Source of the DNA: Micrococcales bacterium
Lineage (GTDB): Bacteria; Actinomycetota; Actinomycetes; Actinomycetales; CAWJMD01
Reading direction: 5' to 3'
Assembly (NCBI GenBank): GCA_002748415.1
Contig: PDSI01000220.1
Location: 3,851 to 67,850, forward strand
DNA length: 64,000 bases
Of this stretch, positions 35,951 to 44,805 are shown piece after piece (position 1 is the stretch's first letter; every line of letters starts with the position of its first letter). The translations under genes and the position numbers were made by a program. The notes beneath the pieces were generated by a model. That model saw nothing but the letters and a program-made list of their open reading frames with translations, did not search any database and had not been told where the DNA came from.

Positions 35951-38770
35951 ATGGGCTCTGTGACGGCTCAGCTCATCGCCACGCCTGCCGCCCGTGATGC
36001 CGGCGACGTAGTCGTCCAACTAGGGACCGACCCGGAACGGGGACTGACCGCGACCGAGGTCGCGTGGCGCCAGCAACAGCACGGCCCCAACGCGTTACGG
36101 TCCCGGCCGCCGACACCGCTGTGGCAGCGGGTGATGCAACAGTTCCGGGACCCGCTGGTCTACCTGTTGCTGGTGGCTGTCGTGGTCTCCACGCTGGCCT
36201 GGGCGCTGGAAGGTGCCCACGGGGTGCCGGTGGACGCACTGGTCATCCTGCTCATCCTGGCGGCCAACGCGGCCATCGGATTCGTCCAGGAGGCCAAGGC
36301 CGCGGACGCCGTCGCCGCGCTCGCCCGGATGACCGAGGCCACCTCGACGGTGGTTCGCGACGGCGCGCTGAGCTCGGTCCCCAGCCATGATCTGGTGCCG
36401 GGCGATGTGCTCTGTCTCAGCGAGGGAGACGCCGTCGGCGCCGACGCGCGGGTGCTGACCGCGACCGCGCTCAAGGTCCACGAGGCGGTGCTGACCGGCG
36501 AATCCGAAGCCGTCGTCAAGGACCCGGCGCCGGTGGCCGCGGACGCCCCGGTGGCAGACCGCACCTCGATGGTGCACAAGGGGACCGCCGTCGTCGAAGG
36601 CGTCGGCCGGGCCGTCGTCACCGCCACCGGCATGAGCACCGAGATGGGGGCCATCGCCGAACTGCTGGACACCACCCAGACGCAGGCTTCCCCCTTGGAG
36701 GTCCAGCTGGCGAAGGTCTCCCGGTCAATCGGTCTGCTCGTCGTCGGGATCGCCGCAGTGGTGATGACCGCGCTGTTCGTGATCACCCGCCCACAGCAGG
36801 CCGACGGGTACGTGACCATCCTGCTCATGGGCGTCTCGCTGGCCGTTGCGGCGGTGCCCGAGGGGCTGGTGGCCATCCTGTCGCTGGTGCTGGCGCTCGG
36901 CGTCCGCGCCATGGCGCGGCGCAACGCGGTGCTCAAGGACCTGCATTCGGTGCAGACTCTCGGCTCGGCGTCGGTGATCTGCACCGACAAGACCGGCACC
37001 CTGACCCGCAACGAGATGACGCTGCGCACCATCGTCACTGCGTCCGGGGCGGTGGAACTGGGTGGCGCCGGCTACGTCCCGCACGGGTCCATGACCGTGG
37101 TCCGCGGTGAACCTGCCGATGTCGCCGCCGAGGTCCGGTCCGTGCTCGTCGCCGCCGCGCTGGCCAACAACGCCCGGCTGTGCGAAGACGACGGGCGGTG
37201 GCGGGCCCACGGTGACCCCACCGAGGCCGCGTTCCTGGCCGCCGGACACAAGCTGCCCGAGATCGTTGAGCGGGTGTCGGATTACCAGCGGCGCGCAGAG
37301 ATGCCGTTCACCAGCGACCGCAAGATGATGTCGGTGCTCGGCCACCATGACGACGGCGACCAGGAACTGCTCTACGCCAAAGGGGCCCCCGACGTGCTGT
37401 TGGGCCGGTGCCGGACCCAGCGCGTCGGTGCGTCGGAGGTCCCGCTGCGGGAGGATGCCAGAGCCGCCGTGCTGGCCGGAATCGAGGAACTGGCCGCCCA
37501 GGGTTACCGCACGCTCGGGGTGGCCTACCGGGTGGTGGGCGAGCAGCCCGGTGGCGATCCGCATCGGTGGGAGCAGGACCTGACCTACGCCGGCACCGCC
37601 GGCATCATCGACCCGCCACGCGATGAGGTGGGGCCCGCCGTCGCACAGGCCCGGCGGGCCGGGATCCGCCCGGTCATGATCACCGGGGACCACCCCGCCA
37701 CCGCGCGACGCATCGGCGCCGACCTGGGCATCACCACCGGCACCGGCCGGGCGCTGACCGGCGCTCAGCTCGACGAGCTCGACCCGGCGGGGTTCGCCGA
37801 AGCCGTCGCCGGGGTCAATGTGTTCGCCCGGGTGGCGCCGCACCACAAGCTGCGCCTCGTCGAGGAGTTGCAGGCCGCCGGGCAGGTCGTCGCGATGACC
37901 GGCGACGGCGTCAACGACGCCCCGGCGCTGAAGTCCGCCGACATCGGCGTCGCGATGGGAATAGCCGGCACCGAGGTCAGCAAGGACGCCGCCACCATGA
38001 TCCTCGGTGACGACAACTTCGCCACCATCGTTGCCGCGGTCCGCCAAGGCCGGGTGATCTTCGCCAACATCGGCAAGTTCCTGCGATACCTGTTGTCCTC
38101 CAACATGGGTGAGGTGGCCACCGTCTTCTTCGGCGTGGTACTGGCCGGACTGCTGGGCCTGACCGATGCCGGCGGCGGGCTGATCCTGCCGCTACTGGCC
38201 ACGCAGATCCTGTGGATCAACCTGGTCACCGATTCCGCGCCCGCGCTGGCGATGGGCGTCGACCCGGAGATCGACGATGTGATGGCCGCGCCGCCGCGCG
38301 GGCGGACCGACCCGATCCTGGACCGGGCCGCTTGGATCCGGATCGGCTGGGTGGGGCTGGTGATGGGGGCCGCCACGTTGCTCACCATCGACCTGTACCT
38401 GCCCGGTGGGCTGCTGGCCGGCTCACAGGACGTGGACACGGCCCGGACCGCCGGGTTCACCACCCTGGTGCTGGCCCAGCTGATGAACGCGTTCTGCGCC
38501 CGGTCCGCCCGCAGCAGTGCGTTCCACCGGCTGTTCGCCAACCCATGGCTGTGGGCGGCAACGGGTCTGGGCGTGCTGCTGCAGGTCCTCGTGGTGCACG
38601 TGGGATGGTTGCGGGCCGCCTTCGGGACCGCGCCGCTGAGCCTGTCGCAGTGGGCGGTGTGTGCGGCGATGGCCTCCTCGGTGTGGTGGACCCAAGAGGC
38701 GGTCAAGCTGGTGCAGCGAACCGCAGGCCGCACGGGGCAGGCGCCGGCTACCTCGGCGGCCCGCCCGTGA
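35951..38770 (+). CDS. P2-type cation-transporting P-type ATPase (Ca2+/Mg2+-type)
   Basis: ICTDKTGTLTRNEM (DKTGT phosphorylation site), TGES, AVAAVPEGL (PEGL in M4), MITGDHPATA, MTGDGVNDAPALKSADIGVAMG. 939 aa. No CPC motif. Confidence 0.9.
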   Translation: MGSVTAQLIATPAARDAGDVVVQLGTDPERGLTATEVAWRQQQHGPNALRSRPPTPLWQRVMQQFRDPLVYLLLVAVVVSTLAWALEGAHGVPVDALVILLILAANAAIGFVQEAKAADAVAALARMTEATSTVVRDGALSSVPSHDLVPGDVLCLSEGDAVGADARVLTATALKVHEAVLTGESEAVVKDPAPVAADAPVADRTSMVHKGTAVVEGVGRAVVTATGMSTEMGAIAELLDTTQTQASPLEVQLAKVSRSIGLLVVGIAAVVMTALFVITRPQQADGYVTILLMGVSLAVAAVPEGLVAILSLVLALGVRAMARRNAVLKDLHSVQTLGSASVICTDKTGTLTRNEMTLRTIVTASGAVELGGAGYVPHGSMTVVRGEPADVAAEVRSVLVAAALANNARLCEDDGRWRAHGDPTEAAFLAAGHKLPEIVERVSDYQRRAEMPFTSDRKMMSVLGHHDDGDQELLYAKGAPDVLLGRCRTQRVGASEVPLREDARAAVLAGIEELAAQGYRTLGVAYRVVGEQPGGDPHRWEQDLTYAGTAGIIDPPRDEVGPAVAQARRAGIRPVMITGDHPATARRIGADLGITTGTGRALTGAQLDELDPAGFAEAVAGVNVFARVAPHHKLRLVEELQAAGQVVAMTGDGVNDAPALKSADIGVAMGIAGTEVSKDAATMILGDDNFATIVAAVRQGRVIFANIGKFLRYLLSSNMGEVATVFFGVVLAGLLGLTDAGGGLILPLLATQILWINLVTDSAPALAMGVDPEIDDVMAAPPRGRTDPILDRAAWIRIGWVGLVMGAATLLTIDLYLPGGLLAGSQDVDTARTAGFTTLVLAQLMNAFCARSARSSAFHRLFANPWLWAATGLGVLLQVLVVHVGWLRAAFGTAPLSLSQWAVCAAMASSVWWTQEAVKLVQRTAGRTGQAPATSAARP

Positions 38771-38844
38771 GCGTGCTGGGCGTGGCGGTCCATGACCCTA
38801 GGGACGGGAAACGGGCCCTAGGGACGGGAAACGTGCCGTGGGCA

Positions 38845-39025
38845 AGGTAGGTTGGCGGTTGCCAGTCGTACTCCTTCGCGGAGCCAGGGAACCCGGTGCG
38901 ACTCCGGGACTGACGCGCAGCGGTGAGGGTGACGGGCGGGGCAGGCCACAGCTGGCGGCCACTGGAGGTGACTCCGGGAAGGCGCTCCGCACCGGCCGAG
39001 CCCGAGTCCGAAGACCTGCTGGCCC
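38845..39025 (+). promoter_or_regulatory. Cobalamin (AdoCbl) riboswitch upstream of the cob operon
   Basis: Conserved core agggaacccggtgcgactccgggactgacgcgcagcggtga, then gccactgg, gggaaggc and the B12-box-like gagtccgaagacctgctgg. It lies directly 5' of cobG on the same strand. Boundaries are approximate. Confidence 0.8.
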
Positions 39026-39093
39026 TAGCGGCAATCGCCGCCAGGTCGTAGCCGGACCCCGCGACCGGGTCCTCGACCAGATGGGTTGTCATC

Positions 39094-39957
39094 GTGTCAG
39101 TCGTGCGTGAGCGCCGGGACCGTTGCCCTGGGGCATTGCGTCCGTGGCCCGCTTCCGATGGGCTCCTGGTCCGCCTGCGCCTGATCGGTGGGTACGTCTC
39201 GTCCGGGCAGTTGCGCAGTCTCGTGCGGGTGGCGGAGGAGTTCGGCGACGGTCACGTGCACCTCACCTCGCGCGCCAACCTGCAGGTCCGGGCGTTTCCC
39301 GGCACGGCCGCCGGGGGGCTGGACCGTGATGCGCTGCGGGCCCTGGAGGGCACGGGCCTGCTGCCGTGCCGTACCCACGAACTGGTGCGCAACGTGATGA
39401 TCTCACCGCAGACCGGCCTGGCAGGCGGCCACGCGGACGTGCGGCCGGTGGGCCGGGAGCTGGACCGGGCGCTGTGTTCCAACGACAAACTCGCCGGCCT
39501 GTCCGGCCGGTTCCTGTTCGTCCTCGACGACGGCCGCGGGGACCTGCTCGGACGGACCTGCGACCTCGGCCTGGTCTTGCTGGACCCCACCGCGGGGCAG
39601 CTTCGCGTCGCAGACGGATGGGGGCCCGTCGTCGCGGTCGAGGACGCTGCCCGCGCGTTGGTCGGCCTCGCCGACAGATTCGCCGATGTCCGCGAGAACG
39701 GGCCGGCAGCCGCCTGGCACATCAGGGAACTCGGCCCGGCACTGGCCGACTCCGCACTCGTCGCCACCACGGCCGCGGACCCCCGGCTCCCGCAGCCGGC
39801 CCCGCCGCTGCCTTACGGCCAGGTGCCGGGCGGGCGGCATGTCGGGGTACCCGGCGCGATCCTGGACCGGGACGCCGTCGCCGCGCTGACCACCGGCACC
39901 GACCATGTGATCGTCACTCCGTGGCGCGGTGTGCTTGTTCCGGGGCGGGCACGATGA
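39094..39957 (+). CDS. cobG: Precorrin-3B synthase (short CobG)
   Basis: DRCPGALRPWPASDGLLVRLRLIGGYVSSGQLRSLVRVAEEFGDGHVHLTSRANLQVR is a sulfite/nitrite-reductase-like CobG N-terminus. It is first in a cob operon. It is shorter (287 aa) than many CobG proteins. Confidence 0.7.
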   Translation: MSVVRERRDRCPGALRPWPASDGLLVRLRLIGGYVSSGQLRSLVRVAEEFGDGHVHLTSRANLQVRAFPGTAAGGLDRDALRALEGTGLLPCRTHELVRNVMISPQTGLAGGHADVRPVGRELDRALCSNDKLAGLSGRFLFVLDDGRGDLLGRTCDLGLVLLDPTAGQLRVADGWGPVVAVEDAARALVGLADRFADVRENGPAAAWHIRELGPALADSALVATTAADPRLPQPAPPLPYGQVPGGRHVGVPGAILDRDAVAALTTGTDHVIVTPWRGVLVPGRAR

Positions 39958-40631
39958 GCGGCCCGGCACGGCCCACTCGCCGGTTCGACTACATCGACAA
40001 CGGGCCCGGCATCTACGTCGAATCCTTCGCCACCATCCGCCGCGAGGCAGACCTGCGCAGCATCCCGGCGGACGCCGAGAAACTCGCCGTGCGGATGATC
40101 CACGGCAGCGGCCAGGTCGACCTCGCCACCGATCTGGTGGTGCATCCCCGGCTGATCGGCGCGGCCCGCGCCGCGCTGGAAGCCGGGGCGCCCATCCTGT
40201 GCGACGCCACCATGGTCGCGACCGGAGTCACCCGCACCCGGCTGCCCAGCGACAACCAGGTCTTGTGCCTACTCGGTGACGAGCGCACAGCACACCTCGC
40301 ACGGCAGTGGGGTACCACTCGCACGGCCGCCGCCGTGTCGTTGTGGGAGCCGCACCTGGACGGCGCGGTGGTGGCGATCGGCAACGCCCCCACCGCCTTG
40401 TTCCACCTGCTGGAGATGATCCTCGACGGGTCGTCCCGCCCGGCAGCGATCGTCGGCTGCCCGGTCGGTTTCATCGGCGCGGCCGAATCCAAACAGGCCC
40501 TCATGGACTTGTCCGTCCACCACGGGATCGACATCCCGTACGTCACCGTCCGGGGCCGCCGCGGCGGCTCGGCCATGACCTCCTCCGCGCTCAACGCGCT
40601 GGCCCAGGAGCAGGAAACGAGCCCCGCATGA
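39954..40631 (+). CDS. cobH: Precorrin-8X methylmutase
   Basis: YVESFATIRREADL...RMIHGSGQVDL...CDATMVATGV...AIGNAPTALFHLLEMI...VGCPVGFIGAAESK. The ATG overlaps the cobG stop (ATGA at 39954-39957). Confidence 0.9.
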   Translation: MSGPARPTRRFDYIDNGPGIYVESFATIRREADLRSIPADAEKLAVRMIHGSGQVDLATDLVVHPRLIGAARAALEAGAPILCDATMVATGVTRTRLPSDNQVLCLLGDERTAHLARQWGTTRTAAAVSLWEPHLDGAVVAIGNAPTALFHLLEMILDGSSRPAAIVGCPVGFIGAAESKQALMDLSVHHGIDIPYVTVRGRRGGSAMTSSALNALAQEQETSPA

Positions 40632-42268
40632 CCGGGCGGTTCGTCGTCGTGGGCGTCGGCCCCGGGGACCCGGAACTGGTGACGCTCAAAGCCGCCAGGA
40701 TCATCGGTGCGGCCGAGGTCGTGGCCTACCACGCCGGCGTCCACCAGCAGTCCCACGCCCGCCGGATCGCCGCTAGGTTCATCCCCGCAGGTGCGGCCGA
40801 GGAGGAGCTGCGTTACCCGGTGACGACGGGCAGCACCGCTCATCCGGGTGGCTACACCGGCGCGATGGCACAGTTCTACGAGTCCTGCGCGCAGCGGCTC
40901 GCGGTGCACTTGGACGCCGGGCGTGACGCGGTCCTGCTCGCCGAGGGCGACCCGCTGTTCTACGGTTCGGCGATGTACCTGCTCGACCGCTTCACAGGCA
41001 GGTACCGGACATCGGTCGTGCCCGGCGTGCCGGCGTTCGCGGCCGCGACGGCGGCGATCCCGGCACCGCTGGTCCGCCAGGCCGACGTGCTGGCCATCCT
41101 GCCCGGCACGCTGCCCGAACCGGAACTGGCACGACGGCTGGCCGACACCGACGGCGCGATCGTCATGAAGCTGGGCCGTACTTTCCCGGCCGTGCGTTCG
41201 GCCCTGCAACAGGCCGGGCGGCTCGACGGGTCGTGGTACGTCGAGCGGGCCTCCCAGGACGGTGCCCGATGGCTGCCGGTCGCGGACGTCGACCCCGCTT
41301 CCGTCCCGTACTTCTCCCTGATCGTGGTGCCCGGCGACACGCGTCATCGAAGCCCGGCGCGGATGCGAACGCAAACCGGCGCCGTGGACGCGAGCACAGC
41401 GGCCGGCGAGACCACCGTGGCAGGCGAAACAACTGAAGCAGGCGAAACAACTGAAGCAGGCGAAACACCTGAGGCAGGCGAGACCGCGGCGGCGGGTGAG
41501 AACACCGCGCCGCCTGCCGAACTCCTGGTGGTCGGCCTGGGCCCCGGGCCGGACGCCTGGCGCACCCCCGAGGTCTCGGCCGCGCTCGCCGGGGTCGACC
41601 ACGTCGTCGGTTACGGCCCGTACCTGGACCGGGTACCGCAGCGAACCGGCCTCACCCGACACCCCACGGGCAACACCGTCGAGATCGACCGGGCCCGCCA
41701 CGCGCTGCGCCTGGCGGCGTCCGGGGCGAAGGTCGCGGTCGTCTCCGGCGGCGACGCGGGCGTGTTCGGTATGGCCTCCGCCGTCTTCGAGGCCGCCGAG
41801 GACCCCGAGTACGCGGACGTCGTGATCCGGGTGCTGCCGGCAGTCAGCGCGGTGCAGGCCGTGGCCGCCAGAGCCGGTGCCCCGATCGGGGCGGACTTCG
41901 CGGTCATGTCGCTGTCGGACCGGTTGAAACCGTGGGAGGTCATCGAGCAGCGCCTGCACGCCGTCGCCGGGGCGGACCTCGTGCTGGCGATCTACAACCC
42001 CGCTTCCCGGTCACGCACCTGGCAGGTGGCGACCGCCCGGGACGTGCTGCTGGAGCACCGCAGCCCCGACACCGTGGTGATCGTCGGCCGGGACGTCGGA
42101 CGTGCGGAGGAATCGCTCACCGTGACGACGCTCGCCGGCCTGGACCCCGGCACCATCGACATGAAGTGCCTGGTGATCGTGGGGGCTGGATCGACCCGGC
42201 TGAGCCGGGCCGGCGTCTGGACACCGCGGGCGGTCCGCGAACGCCACGGTCCGGAGGGCGGCCGGTGA
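40628..42268 (+). CDS. cobIJ: Fused precorrin-2 C20-methyltransferase / precorrin-3B C17-methyltransferase
   Basis: Two tetrapyrrole-methylase modules: MTGRFVVVGVGPGDPELVTLKAARII..., and LLVVGLGPGPDAWRTPEV...VSGGDAGVFGMAS. They are joined by a repeat linker. The ATG overlaps the cobH stop (ATGA at 40628-40631). Confidence 0.85.
   Translation: MTGRFVVVGVGPGDPELVTLKAARIIGAAEVVAYHAGVHQQSHARRIAARFIPAGAAEEELRYPVTTGSTAHPGGYTGAMAQFYESCAQRLAVHLDAGRDAVLLAEGDPLFYGSAMYLLDRFTGRYRTSVVPGVPAFAAATAAIPAPLVRQADVLAILPGTLPEPELARRLADTDGAIVMKLGRTFPAVRSALQQAGRLDGSWYVERASQDGARWLPVADVDPASVPYFSLIVVPGDTRHRSPARMRTQTGAVDASTAAGETTVAGETTEAGETTEAGETPEAGETAAAGENTAPPAELLVVGLGPGPDAWRTPEVSAALAGVDHVVGYGPYLDRVPQRTGLTRHPTGNTVEIDRARHALRLAASGAKVAVVSGGDAGVFGMASAVFEAAEDPEYADVVIRVLPAVSAVQAVAARAGAPIGADFAVMSLSDRLKPWEVIEQRLHAVAGADLVLAIYNPASRSRTWQVATARDVLLEHRSPDTVVIVGRDVGRAEESLTVTTLAGLDPGTIDMKCLVIVGAGSTRLSRAGVWTPRAVRERHGPEGGR
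41402..41509 (+). repeat. Six tandem 18-bp units encoding the inter-domain linker AGETTV-AGETTE-AGETTE-AGETPE-AGETAA-AGENTA
   Basis: gcaggcgaaacaactgaa is repeated exactly at 41420-41437 and 41438-41455, with diverged flanking units. The codon usage is locally A/T-richer than the surroundings. Confidence 0.9.
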
Positions 42269-43023
42269 GCATCCATTTCGTCGGAGCCGGCCCGGGTGCG
42301 GCCGACCTGCTGACCGTGCGGGCGACCCGGCTGCTGGCGGGCGCCGACGTCGTCCTGTACCCGGGGACGTATCTGGACCCGGATGTGCTCGGCCATGTCA
42401 GCCCCGGCGCTCGGCTCGTCGACACCCAGGACCTCGACCTCGACCAGATCACGGCCCGGCTGGTGGCGGCGCACACGCAGGGCAAGGACGTGGTCCGCCT
42501 CGCCTCCGGTGACCTGTCCGTCTACTCGGCGCTGGCGGAGCAGACGCGGCGGCTCGACGAGGCCGGCATCCCCTGGGACGTCACCCCCGGGGTGCCCGCC
42601 TTCGCCGCCGCGGCGGCGCTGCTGGGGCGAGAACTGACGGTTCCGCTCATCAGCCAATCGGTGGTGCTCACCCGCACGCAGGCACGCTCCACCGCCATGC
42701 CCGCGACCGAGTCCCTCGCCGCGTTCGCGGCCACCGGGGCAACGCTGGTGCTACATCTGGCGATCACCAGGACCCGCGAGTTGATGGCCGAGATCGCACC
42801 CGCCTACGGTGCGGACTGCCCCGCTGCCGTGGTTTACCGTGCCAGCCAGCCTGAGCAGACGGTGCTGCGCGGTACCGTCTCGACCATGGCGGATCTGGTG
42901 GAACGGGCCGGTCTGCGGCAGGCGGCGGTCATCCTGGTCGGCCGCGCCCTCGACCCGGCTCGCGGCGGCGAGTCCCACTTGTACGACCCGGCCCGCGGCC
43001 GGGGACCCGACCGCGGCCGGTGA
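42265..43023 (+). CDS. cobM: Precorrin-4 C11-methyltransferase
   Basis: MSIHFVGAGPGAADLLTVRATRLLAGADVVLYPGTY...RLASGDLSVYSALAEQ...TPGVPAFAAAAA. The GTG overlaps the cobIJ stop (GTGA at 42265-42268). Confidence 0.9.
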   Translation: MSIHFVGAGPGAADLLTVRATRLLAGADVVLYPGTYLDPDVLGHVSPGARLVDTQDLDLDQITARLVAAHTQGKDVVRLASGDLSVYSALAEQTRRLDEAGIPWDVTPGVPAFAAAAALLGRELTVPLISQSVVLTRTQARSTAMPATESLAAFAATGATLVLHLAITRTRELMAEIAPAYGADCPAAVVYRASQPEQTVLRGTVSTMADLVERAGLRQAAVILVGRALDPARGGESHLYDPARGRGPDRGR

Positions 43024-43065
43024 AGTCCCGCCGGGACGCCCTTCGCGGGGGCCAACCGGTTTCAG

Positions 43066-44805
43066 CTAGCGTGCGGCGAGCCGCCAGTGCCGTTGCCGGC
43101 TCTGCGTTGCCCACAGCTCGGCGTAACGGCCACCCAACTGCACCAGTGCCTCGTGCGTGCCCTGCTCGACCAACCGTCCCGCCTCCAGGACGAGGATCGA
43201 GTCGGCAGCCACGATGGTCGACAACCGGTGCGCGATGACGATCACCGTCTTGTCGCGGACCAGCGCATCGATGGCCCGCTGCACCGCGACCTCGCTCTCG
43301 GTGTCAAGTGCCGATGTCGGCTCGTCCAGGATCACGATCGGCGCGTCCTTCAGGATGGCCCGCGCGATCGAGATGCGCTGGCGTTCACCGCCGGACAAGG
43401 CTCCACCGATCTCACCGACCCGGGTCTCGTAGCCATGCGGGAGTGCGCGGATGAAGTCGTGGCAGTTCGCTTCCTGGGCGGCAGCCGCGACCTCTTCTTG
43501 TGTCGCATCGGGTTTGGCCAGCCGGATATTCTCGGCGATCGTGTCGTCGAACAGGTACACATCCTGGAACACCACCGAGACTTGACGCATCAGCTCGGCC
43601 TGGCTCATTCCCCGGATATCGACGCCGCCGATGCGCACCGTGCCCTGCTGCGGGTCGGCGTAGCGGGTGAGCAGCCGGGTTATCGTGGTCTTGCCGCTGC
43701 CCGAGGACCCCACCAGGGCCGTCAGGCTGTGCGGTGGGATGGTGCAGGAGAACCCTTTCAATACCGGAGCATCGTTGCCCTCGTAGGCAAACGACACGTT
43801 CTGGAACTGCACACTCGCCGTCGTATCCGTTTCGTCGCGTGCGAGGGTCGGCAGCGGGGCGATTCCCAGCAATTCGGTGATGCGCTCCAGCGCGGACTCC
43901 ATGAAGTCGAACACGGCCGCCATGTTCGCGAACATGGCCAGCGGTTCACTGAACCGAACCGAGATAGCGATGATGGCGAAAACCGTTGCCAGGTCGAGGG
44001 AGTCCTCGAACAGGAACCAGACTGCCAGCGCGGTGACCGCGACGATACCCACCTGCACGACGGTTGAGATGAGAATGCTGGGCCAGGTGCTCAACGAGGT
44101 TCCCTTCGCCTGCGCCTGCCGCAACCGCTGCATCGAGTCCTGCAGCCGCTGGGCCGAGGCCCCCACCTGGCGGGTGGCCCGTAGGACGGCCAGCCCCTGG
44201 GTGTATTCCACGATGTGGGAAGCGGTGTCGGCATGCGCCGCCGCCGATATCCGGTTTTCCCGGCCGGCGAGCTGCCGCAACGAACGGTACAACGGGGTAG
44301 CCGCCGGGAAGATCACCAGGAGGGCCAGCGCCAGCCGCCAGTCGATGAAGAAGGTCGCGATGATCGTCACGACCGGGGCGACCAGGGTGTTGATGACAAT
44401 GGCATACAGTCCCCCAGCGATCGCCACGACGTCCTGCACGTTGCTGGTCAGCACCATGTTGAGGTCACCCGAGGACCGGGCCGACAGCTGCTGCAGTGGA
44501 ATGCGTTTCAGCTGTTCGCCCAGCCGCACCCGGGTCTCTTCCGCAGCCTCGCAGTAGATGCGCCATTCCAGCCGGCCCTCCCCCCAGCGGGCCGCCCCAT
44601 CGAACACCATCAGGATACCGATGCCGGCCAGCGTGATCCACGCCGTCCGGAAGTCCCTGGCGAACAGGGCGGTGAACAGCGGGAAGAGCAGGGCGTAGGC
44701 CAGCCCTTGGGCGACCGCCGCCGCGACTGCGCACCACAGACTCGTTCGCGCCAGGTGCGCCTTGGACCCGGTGGCGGCCAGCATGTTCCGCAAGGTGTTC
44801 AGCAT
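43066..44805 (-). CDS. ABC transporter, fused permease/ATP-binding half-transporter (type I exporter fold), partner 2
   Basis: Six-helix TMD, then an NBD with GSSGSGKTT (Walker A), LSGGERQRISIARAIL (signature) and IVILDEPTSALD (Walker B). The ATG at 44803-44805 overlaps the end of the upstream gene. Confidence 0.85.
   Translation of the reverse strand: MLNTLRNMLAATGSKAHLARTSLWCAVAAAVAQGLAYALLFPLFTALFARDFRTAWITLAGIGILMVFDGAARWGEGRLEWRIYCEAAEETRVRLGEQLKRIPLQQLSARSSGDLNMVLTSNVQDVVAIAGGLYAIVINTLVAPVVTIIATFFIDWRLALALLVIFPAATPLYRSLRQLAGRENRISAAAHADTASHIVEYTQGLAVLRATRQVGASAQRLQDSMQRLRQAQAKGTSLSTWPSILISTVVQVGIVAVTALAVWFLFEDSLDLATVFAIIAISVRFSEPLAMFANMAAVFDFMESALERITELLGIAPLPTLARDETDTTASVQFQNVSFAYEGNDAPVLKGFSCTIPPHSLTALVGSSGSGKTTITRLLTRYADPQQGTVRIGGVDIRGMSQAELMRQVSVVFQDVYLFDDTIAENIRLAKPDATQEEVAAAAQEANCHDFIRALPHGYETRVGEIGGALSGGERQRISIARAILKDAPIVILDEPTSALDTESEVAVQRAIDALVRDKTVIVIAHRLSTIVAADSILVLEAGRLVEQGTHEALVQLGGRYAELWATQSRQRHWRLAAR

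Noticed and set aside
35951-38770. The P-type ATPase as the missing copper exporter (CopA/CtpV)
   Set aside because: It lacks the CPC/CPH motif and an N-terminal HMA domain. It has the PEGL motif and the 939-aa architecture of P2-type (Ca2+/Mg2+) pumps.
40013-41959. 648-aa minus-strand ORF across cobH/cobIJ
   Set aside because: It is a shadow ORF opposite genes with unmistakable CobH and tetrapyrrole-methylase motifs, with an Arg/Gly/Pro-rich composition.
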